Below are positions 16,385 through 20,000 of a stretch of DNA of 20,000 nucleotides, piece by piece. Under the pieces are notes generated by a model. It did not search any database, was not told where the DNA came from, and saw nothing but the letters and a program-made list of their open reading frames with translations. This DNA is from an uncultured virus (IMG/VR IMGVR_UViG_3300005827_000008). Its lineage: Duplodnaviria; Heunggongvirae; Uroviricota; Caudoviricetes. The stretch lies in IMG/VR virus record IMGVR_UViG_3300005827_000008; one strand, 5' to 3'. Position 1 is the stretch's first letter, and every line of letters starts with the position of its first letter. The position numbers were made by a program, and so were the translations under genes.

Positions 16385-16400
16385 TGTCAAAGTAGTTTAT
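16385..16400 (+). repeat. 16-bp direct repeat, copy 2
   Basis: Exact match to 15960-15975; contains the stop codon of ORF 16397..16606. Confidence 0.85.
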
Positions 16401-16606
16401 TTGTTAGAGTTGCTTAACTTCTCTTTAACTCTCATTAGCCTGTCGTAGTAGGGTTTAAAAACTTTGTTACCTGATCTTGCTTTTAAGAGTATAATGTGTG
16501 ACTTTATAAAGTGTGGTAAATTTAATATTGTTTCGTACTCTGAAAGTATGAGTTTTTGCGGGAGGGATTGGTCGTTAAACCAGAGTTCAAGCTGTTGCAG
16601 GGTCAA
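16397..16606 (-). CDS. small conserved Bacteroidota protein (DUF6965-like, recalled)
   Basis: MTLQQLELWF...LP...ETILNLPHFIKSHI...PYYDRL pattern; family name from memory. Confidence 0.6.
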   Translation of the reverse strand: MTLQQLELWFNDQSLPQKLILSEYETILNLPHFIKSHIILLKARSGNKVFKPYYDRLMRVKEKLSNSNK

Positions 16607-17376
16607 AATTCTCTTTCATTTTGCATCCTAACCAAACATTCGTGTGGGGTTTCGCCTGTTTTTATGCGGTAACTGCACCCAATTGTACCGCCCTTCCACG
16701 AACCTTTTCTTTCGCCAACTTCTTTATCAAATTCAACGGCTATGGTTCTGTGCGTTTTGGCAAATAGCCCCGTCCACTTAAACCACAATGGTCGCCATTC
16801 TCTTTCTTCTACCCCGATTGTTGCGTTTACAATAGTGTTGTCGTATTTGTCAAGGTATTCATGCGTTCCAGTCCATTTGTTTTCATTTAGCCAGTCACGG
16901 CTACCAACAGTGTCTTTGTCTTTGCTCCAATCAACCCGATTAGATTCTGTTTCATGGAACCAGTCATAGCCCCGCTTCATAAGGGTAGATGTTCGTACCC
17001 AAGTCATGTGCCAAGGCAGTGTAATCGCTTTCCATTTTCTGCCGCCTTCAAAATTCCCGGCACCCCCTATGTAAATCCAGATTTTATTGTCATGGAAGTT
17101 TATTCCCCATGCGGCACTGTCGCAATCTTGTATTCCTGTTTTTATGGGTAGGTGAATGTATATTTTCCCATATCCGAATAATAATAAGGGAATGGTGAGC
17201 AAAAACCAGGGGGACTGCGCCACGGCAAAGGGCAACATAATAAGCGCAATAATCTGAGTGATACTTGTGTTCACTTGCGGCCTTTCGTCAAAATATCCGG
17301 CTTTTTCTACATAGAATCCGGCTCTAAATTCAGGGTAAAAGCGTACCCATGTCATGTCTTCTGTTTTATAAGTCAT
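16603..17376 (-). CDS. hypothetical membrane-anchored, Trp-rich protein
   Basis: 257 aa with a hydrophobic stretch IIALIMLPFAVAQSPWFLLTIPLLLFGY. Confidence 0.75.
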   Translation of the reverse strand: MTYKTEDMTWVRFYPEFRAGFYVEKAGYFDERPQVNTSITQIIALIMLPFAVAQSPWFLLTIPLLLFGYGKIYIHLPIKTGIQDCDSAAWGINFHDNKIWIYIGGAGNFEGGRKWKAITLPWHMTWVRTSTLMKRGYDWFHETESNRVDWSKDKDTVGSRDWLNENKWTGTHEYLDKYDNTIVNATIGVEEREWRPLWFKWTGLFAKTHRTIAVEFDKEVGERKGSWKGGTIGCSYRIKTGETPHECLVRMQNEREF

Positions 17377-17402
17377 TTCTTTTATTTGCCGTCTGTGGCT
17401 GT

Positions 17403-17555
17403 TTATTTTACTTTTGTCAATAATGCGGAAATAAGCAAAAACACAGCACCTATCCCCTGCATATAGTTAATGGTTGTCTTTCTTTTCTCATTTAAGAAAA
17501 GGCTTGCAAGCATCAGGGCTGCCCCGGCTGCCAAGAATAGGTACTGATAAAGCAT
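17403..17555 (-). CDS. small two-TM membrane protein (50 aa; not in the ORF track)
   Basis: MLYQYLFLAAGAALMLASLFL-NEKRK-TTINYMQGIGAVFLLISALLTKVK*; starts 5 nt after the upstream stop. Confidence 0.6.
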   Translation of the reverse strand: MLYQYLFLAAGAALMLASLFLNEKRKTTINYMQGIGAVFLLISALLTKVK

Positions 17556-17560
17556 GGTGG

Positions 17561-17788
17561 TTAGTCTAAGGGCTCTAAGTTGTCGTCAAAATAAGCCTTT
17601 GCCACATACCACTGGTCTTCGTGGTTTTTAGGGTTTCTTGCAATATACCCCTGCGCAAAGGCACTAGGGTTGTCTTGCATCAGCTTTTTGTCGGGGTCAG
17701 ATATTGATACCCCCGTTAAATCCTCCCCAGAAACCACTTGTCGCATTTCTGAAATACTTTTTCTTCTGTATTGTTTAAATTCTGACAT
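17561..17788 (-). CDS. conserved hypothetical phage protein
   Basis: FKQYRRK...GYIARNPKNHEDQWYVAKAYFDDN motif. Confidence 0.75.
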   Translation of the reverse strand: MSEFKQYRRKSISEMRQVVSGEDLTGVSISDPDKKLMQDNPSAFAQGYIARNPKNHEDQWYVAKAYFDDNLEPLD

Positions 17789-17819
17789 ATTCTTTATGTT
17801 CGGTTTCCCCGTCCCCGGA

Positions 17820-18335
17820 TTAGTTGTTAAATTTGTTTCTGTAAGTAATAGTGCCGCCCTGTTTTTTTACGATGGGGTATATTTTTGCATACAGCTTTTT
17901 GTAGTAGTTGCGGCTGTCAATTACACCCGGTTGCCCGTTAACTACCCCCAATGCCTTTCCGACAATAAGGCATCCGTCAGTATTATCGTCTGTGTTGCCC
18001 CAATGTATCAGCACGTACTCAAAATTAGGTACATTCATAGCCCATATCAATTCGTGCGGGACGAAATCGGCTGCTTTGGGGTATTTTGTTTTCTCTTTTG
18101 GTTCTATCAGGACTTTCAGGCTTTCGCTCCAAAGGAATGATGAACTAAATTTTGGGGATTGCCGCACCCCTAGTTTGTACGTTCCGTTTGGTATGGCCGT
18201 TTCACCATGAATCTTTACAGCCCTTATTTCATCTTCAACGGCGTATCCGTCCAAGATGCCGTTTATGGACAAGCGGCTGCGGGTTGAGTCCTTTTCAAAC
18301 TCAAATCTTTCAACATCAATTTTTAGTTCTGTCAT
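17820..18335 (-). CDS. DUF5675-family putative L,D-carboxy/transpeptidase
   Basis: GETAIPNGTY...VPNFEYVLIHWGNTDDNTDGCLIVG, the HxGN...GC catalytic pattern of this family in Bacteroidota phages. Confidence 0.8.
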   Translation of the reverse strand: MTELKIDVERFEFEKDSTRSRLSINGILDGYAVEDEIRAVKIHGETAIPNGTYKLGVRQSPKFSSSFLWSESLKVLIEPKEKTKYPKAADFVPHELIWAMNVPNFEYVLIHWGNTDDNTDGCLIVGKALGVVNGQPGVIDSRNYYKKLYAKIYPIVKKQGGTITYRNKFNN

Positions 18336-18346
18336 ATTGCTTTTTA

Positions 18347-18742
18347 TTAACTGTTAATGCTAGTTTGCTGGCCAGATTTAAGCAGTTCTGGATTCTCGTA
18401 GATATTCCCGCAAACTTCATACTCATAGTAATCATGATTATTGCTTAGTGAAAGGAATGCGTTTTTGTTCGGCCAATATTGTTGAGCCTCAAACCTTGCG
18501 GTATTTGCGTTAAACGCCATTTTACAAACAAGCGGGTTCCAATTGCTTTCCTTTGGCTTTGCCGTTAGTATATCTCCCTCGTAAATCTCTTTACCGTTTT
18601 TGTCTTTGATCCCGGTGTATTGCATGACACAAAAACGCTTTTCAGTTCCTTTGGCAAGCGTGTTATCCTTGCCCATTCCGATATTGTTAATCCACATATG
18701 GAGTTCAATATCCCACACTCTAAATTTAATTTCTCTTTTCAT
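18347..18742 (-). CDS. YopX family protein
   Basis: MKREIKFRVWD...MQYTGIKDKNGKEIYEGDIL...EVCGNIYENPELL. Confidence 0.9.
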   Translation of the reverse strand: MKREIKFRVWDIELHMWINNIGMGKDNTLAKGTEKRFCVMQYTGIKDKNGKEIYEGDILTAKPKESNWNPLVCKMAFNANTARFEAQQYWPNKNAFLSLSNNHDYYEYEVCGNIYENPELLKSGQQTSINS

Positions 18743-18915
18743 GTTGCTTTTCTAGTTAAAATATAGTTTGTTAATTCAATAATTTCTGTATTGAGTTCTG
18801 TCTGCTTTGTCTTATTCCCTTCATCAAACGCCCGCTTTAAAAGAAGTGTTAAAATTAGCAATTGTTTTTCAATATGCCAAATGTGAAGATTGGGGTTAGG
18901 GTTGGAATATCTCAT
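18739..18915 (-). CDS. small hypothetical protein (58 aa; not in the ORF track)
   Basis: MRYSNPNPNLHIWHIEKQLL...ILTRKAT*; ATGA-coupled to the YopX gene. Confidence 0.6.
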   Translation of the reverse strand: MRYSNPNPNLHIWHIEKQLLILTLLLKRAFDEGNKTKQTELNTEIIELTNYILTRKAT

Positions 18916-18985
18916 TTTTCTTTTGCGGATTATTCGTCAATGTCTCCAAGCATTGTTATACCAGTTAGTTATACATATACGCAAG

Positions 18986-19366
18986 TTATGCGTTATTGTA
19001 AAGAGGCACATCGTAACCTTTAGCTATTAAGTATTTAATTGTTTCAAAACAGACACGATTTCTTTGTTTCGGGTCTTGTTCTTTATTTTTTTCATAATCT
19101 TTTGAATAGTGCCAGTGAAAGTCTTTCCACTTGAAAAAGAACACATAATCAGCAGATTTCATATTGTCAGAAACTCTGTAAGAAGTATAATCTAAAACAA
19201 GTGTGTCGCTAAACATTTTATTGTCAAAATCTGTAATTACAGGCTCGTTCCAAATCTTTTCTCCATTGTGCATTATCACTGGACAACATCCTTCAATAAT
19301 CACTATTTGCAGTAAATCTTCTGCGGTCATTTCTTTTAGCGGTTTATTACCAATTTCTATTATCAT
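18986..19366 (-). CDS. hypothetical protein (cargo of cassette B)
   Basis: ATG at 19366 (MIIEIGNK); the stop TAA is the TAA of the core site. The ORF-track GTG at 19405 lies inside the attC-like site. Confidence 0.75.
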   Translation of the reverse strand: MIIEIGNKPLKEMTAEDLLQIVIIEGCCPVIMHNGEKIWNEPVITDFDNKMFSDTLVLDYTSYRVSDNMKSADYVFFFKWKDFHWHYSKDYEKNKEQDPKQRNRVCFETIKYLIAKGYDVPLYNNA

Positions 19367-19519
19367 AATTTTGAATTTGCGAAGAACAACAACGCATAAC
19401 AGCACCTACCCAAAAGCGGGGTTTCAGTGGTATTATGTGGTTTTGTGCTTCTATTTAAGTTCATTGTAAATTGACAGTTTTGTGTTCCAAATTCCCCGCC
19501 TTCGGGTAGCTGCAACACG
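18986..19519 (+). mobile_element. integron-type gene cassette B
   Basis: G|TTATGCGTTATTGT (18985-18999) versus ACAACAACGCATAAC (19386-19400), a 14/15 inverted match around the gene, followed by an attC-like hairpin. Confidence 0.75.
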
Positions 19520-19525
19520 TTATGT
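19394..19525 (+). repeat. attC-like recombination site (site B)
   Basis: GCATAAC ... GTTATGT with arms GCACCTACCCAAAAGCGGGG (19402-19421) and CCCCGCCTTCGGGTAGCTGC (19494-19513); two of the three mismatches become G-T on the - strand. Confidence 0.8.
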
Positions 19526-19935
19526 GCAAGGCTACTGACCGTCTTCGATAGAAAGTTTAGACAATATAGTATCTGCTGTTTTAATCGCTACTTCTGCAAC
19601 AATTTCACTTTGCATTAAATACTTTTCGCCTTTGTATTCTTTCATCCATTCTGGATTAGAAAGTAGTCCTTGCATTGCGTTTGCTATAAAATATTCCCTT
19701 TTAGTAAGTCCAGCCGAATATGCTTTAACTGCTGCTACTGTTTGTCCTGTTTCTAAGGTCCTATTCACTTTGAAAGGGAATATTGATTTGTCTGCGTTTT
19801 TCATTTGTATATTTATTTAAGTGATTACTAATTTAACCGTGCCTATCTGCTAACATTGGCTAAACAAAAGCGGCATAGCGCACTGCCAAAAGTTACCACA
19901 AAAGTTTGTTGCCGCTTTTGTTTAGCCAAATACCG
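19520..19935 (+). mobile_element. integron-type gene cassette C
   Basis: Begins at G|TTATGTG, carries one gene and ends in attC-like site C; end-to-end core match is only 9/14. Confidence 0.6.
19532..19804 (-). CDS. conserved hypothetical phage protein (cargo of cassette C)
   Basis: GLTKREYFIANAMQGLLSN...AIKTADTILSKL matches the common phage GmTlRdYFAa.AMqg...AD.ml family. Confidence 0.8.
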   Translation of the reverse strand: MKNADKSIFPFKVNRTLETGQTVAAVKAYSAGLTKREYFIANAMQGLLSNPEWMKEYKGEKYLMQSEIVAEVAIKTADTILSKLSIEDGQ

Positions 19936-19941
19936 TTACTT
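19848..19941 (+). repeat. attC-like recombination site (site C)
   Basis: TGCTAAC ... GTTACTT enclosing a perfect 20-bp inverted repeat, TTGGCTAAACAAAAGCGGCA (19856-19875) / TGCCGCTTTTGTTTAGCCAA (19910-19929). Confidence 0.7.
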
Positions 19942-19998
19942 CCTTTTTAATTTTACCACATACTCTTTATTCTCAATACTTATCCCAACACACACTAC
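19936..19998 (-). CDS. 3' end of a gene running in from the right edge
   Basis: Open frame VVCVGISIENKEYVVKLKRK*; its TAA coincides with the core of site C. Confidence 0.5.
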   Translation of the reverse strand, partial: VVCVGISIENKEYVVKLKRK

Positions 19999-20000
19999 TG

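Noticed and set aside
17561..17788. Possible anti-defence nucleotide-sponge protein
   Set aside because: Only a vague resemblance to small phage domains; it cannot be supported without a profile or structure search.
19856..19929. Perfect 20-bp inverted repeat read as a terminator or MITE
   Set aside because: It has a 34-nt loop, no U-tail after the stem and no target duplication; the flanking TAAC/GTTA cores fit an attC-like site better.
1..20000. tRNA genes, diversity-generating retroelement, integrase, or stop-codon reassignment
   Set aside because: No cloverleaf, reverse transcriptase, TR/VR repeat pair or recombinase motif was seen by eye. Genes tile well under the standard code with TAA, TAG and TGA all used as stops.

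Overview
A gene-dense, AT-rich segment of a tailed dsDNA phage or prophage, most likely infecting a Bacteroidota host. The host call rests on divergent TAnnTTTG-type promoters, A-rich leaders without Shine-Dalgarno sequences, and a DUF5675 peptidase. The window covers an early/middle region with no structural genes or integrase. It holds a Red-like recombination module (putative SSB, Fe-S PD-(D/E)XK exonuclease, RecT), an HNH-like nuclease, a DPPH-type methyltransferase, two or three HTH regulators, a PAPS-reductase-family protein, two YopX-like genes and many short unknown ORFs. The most notable feature is three integron attC-like hairpins (4143-4275, 19394-19525, 19848-19941) that delimit three single-gene cassettes at two separate loci. 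The genes lie in reverse orientation relative to canonical attC polarity, both loci sit exactly on the TAA stop codon of the upstream gene, and their reconstructed empty sites are similar (TACATAT-N5/6-G|TTACTT). This suggests an integrase-less cassette-capture system used by the phage. Other oddities are a gene flanked by exact 16-bp direct repeats, a G-quadruplex-bounded G/T-skewed island and small structured intergenic elements. All family assignments come from recalled motifs; no searches were run.
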